From: Octopus sinensis
Taxonomy: Eukaryota
Assembly (NCBI RefSeq): GCF_006345805.1
Contig: NC_043005.1
Location: 27,342,001 to 27,406,000 of the forward strand
Direction of reading: 5' to 3'
DNA length: 64,000 nt
The position numbers and the translations under genes are program-made. Below, one piece after another: positions 62,294 through 64,000 of this stretch (the first letter of the stretch is position 1; every line of letters starts with the position of its first letter). Below the pieces are notes generated by a model, which ran no database searches, was not told where the DNA came from, and was given only the letters and a program-made list of their open reading frames with translations.

Positions 62294-62303
62294 TGCTGAG
62301 TCA
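62294..62303 (-). promoter_or_regulatory. ARE/CNC-small-Maf-like site
   Basis: TGCTGAGTCA, i.e. TGACTCAGCA on the minus strand. This is a motif match only. Confidence 0.25.
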
Positions 62304-62463
62304 ACAGAAACTGAGGTTTTATATTTATCAATGATGGCAAAAGGTCAGATATAGACATACAGTGGCTCTGTTGTATGATTCACAGTGGCACCCTACCTAC
62401 GCACATGGGTACGTGTGTGGGTGAGTGACTGTGTGTATACATATGTATGTATGTGTGTGTGTA

Positions 62464-62512
<49 letters not shown>

Positions 62513-62769
62513 ATAACATACATTTATACGTGTACAAATAAATGTATGTTATGCATGTCAGTGCCTATCTACGTATGGATATATATATAAATATACACAC
62601 ATGTCAACACACCACGTCTGCTTTCTCATACTGCCAAAGGCTGTTTACAGTTTCTGAGGTAGTGTTTTTACGGCTTGGTGCCCTTCCTGCTGTCCATCCT
62701 TTCTTTTATCTTTACCACATACAAGAATGCCAGAGTACAGATTTCAAAACCAGGATAGAGATGGCAATG

Positions 62770-63075
62770 CAGTCTTCCCTCAACTATCGTGAGTGTTACA
62801 TTCCAAACCCAACCCCGCTACGATAGGTGAAAATTTAAAAATTAGAAACAGTACAGTACTCTCTCTCCTTCTCTCTCTTTTACTTGTTTCAGTCATTTGA
62901 GTGCGGCTATGCTGGAGCACCGCCTTTAATCGAGCAACTCGGCCCCGGGACTTATTCTTTGTAAGCCCAGTACTTATTCTATCGGTCTCTTTTGCCGAAC
63001 CGCTAAGTGACAGGGACATAAACACACCAGCATCGGTTGTCAAGCAATGCTAGGGGGACAAACACAGACACACAA

Positions 63076-63108
<33 letters not shown>

Positions 63109-63416
63109 CATATATACGACGGGCTTCTTTCAGTTTCCGTCTACCAAATCCACTCACAAGGCTTTGGTCGGCCCGAGGCTATAGTAGAAGACACTTGCCC
63201 AAGGTGCCACACAGTGGGATTGAACCCGGAACCATGTGGTTGGTAAACAAGCTACTTACCACACAGCCACTCCTTACTGTATATTTTTTCTTCTTTTTTT
63301 TTATAATTTGTATATATTTATTTTATCATAAACGCAAAACAACACCACGGAGGATTCGACGTAAGCTTACATAATAAACCGCGATAGGTGAACTGCAATA
63401 TGGTGAGGGATTACTG
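62770..63416. mobile_element. Tigger/pogo-like MITE (11651 family) interrupted by SINE A
   Basis: Left TIR CAGTCTTCCCTCAACTATCG and right TIR GAGGGATTACTG followed by TA. Confidence 0.7.
62861..63274 (-). mobile_element. young SINE family A
   Basis: CpG-intact and nearly identical to 29431-29845; possible 4-bp TSD TACT at 62857-62860 and 63275-63278. Confidence 0.9.
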
Positions 63417-63417
63417 T

Positions 63418-63471
<54 letters not shown>

Positions 63472-63948
63472 ATACACATACACACGTGTATAGGTACAGG
63501 TGTAGTGGTTAAGAAGCTAGCTTCCCAATAGTAGGATTTTAGTTTCAATTACACTTTGGGCAAGTGTCATCTATTATAGTCCTGGACCAACTAAACCCTT
63601 GTAAGTGGGTTTAGCAGATGGAAACAAAAAGAAGCCTACCATGTGTGTGTGTGTGTGAGTGTGAATCCATGATACTTCACTTGTTTATGAGTGATTTTGA
63701 TTGGTTTCTGTCCTACATGGAGAAATATTAACCTGCTTGGAAAGAAGTTAAGGGGTGGCAACCAGTAGAGCAACCAACTATAGAAAATCTGCCTCAATGA
63801 ATTCCAATCCCAGGACTTATTCTTTGTAAGTCTGGTACTTGTTCTATCAGTCTCTTTTGCCGAACTGTTAAGTTGCAGGGACATTAACAAACATATACAC
63901 ATACATATATATCCATATACACACACACACACACATACATACATATAT

Positions 63949-64000
<52 letters not shown>

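Overview
This is AT-rich, repeat-saturated animal genomic DNA. The tRNA-derived SINE families and dense (TA)/(CA)/(ATAC)/(GATA)/(AAT) microsatellites point to an octopus-type cephalopod genome (inference). One host protein-coding gene is clear: a small-Maf-type bZIP transcription factor on the minus strand, with its bZIP exon at 40369-40782 and a probable upstream coding exon near 41453-41602. CpG decay in the repeats suggests its methylated transcription unit spans about 35.4-62.3 kb. Nearly all other long ORFs in the track are microsatellite artefacts or decayed retroelement fragments (R4/Dong-type RLE LINEs, RTE, CR1/L2-like). Non-autonomous Helitrons, several MITE families and dozens of SINE copies fill the rest, and there is one 100-N gap. 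The most interesting signal is a set of hammerhead-ribozyme motifs in Penelope-like terminal-repeat elements: (i) a 250-320 bp fold-back element with identical termini and 12-bp target-site duplications, carrying two outward-facing hammerheads (two copies); (ii) a complete type I hammerhead fold on the same strand as the Maf gene, probably in its intron; (iii) a family with a recurrent non-canonical core (CUGUNGA); (iv) a type III-like fold that lacks the GAA strand. All structure calls were made by eye and none has been tested.
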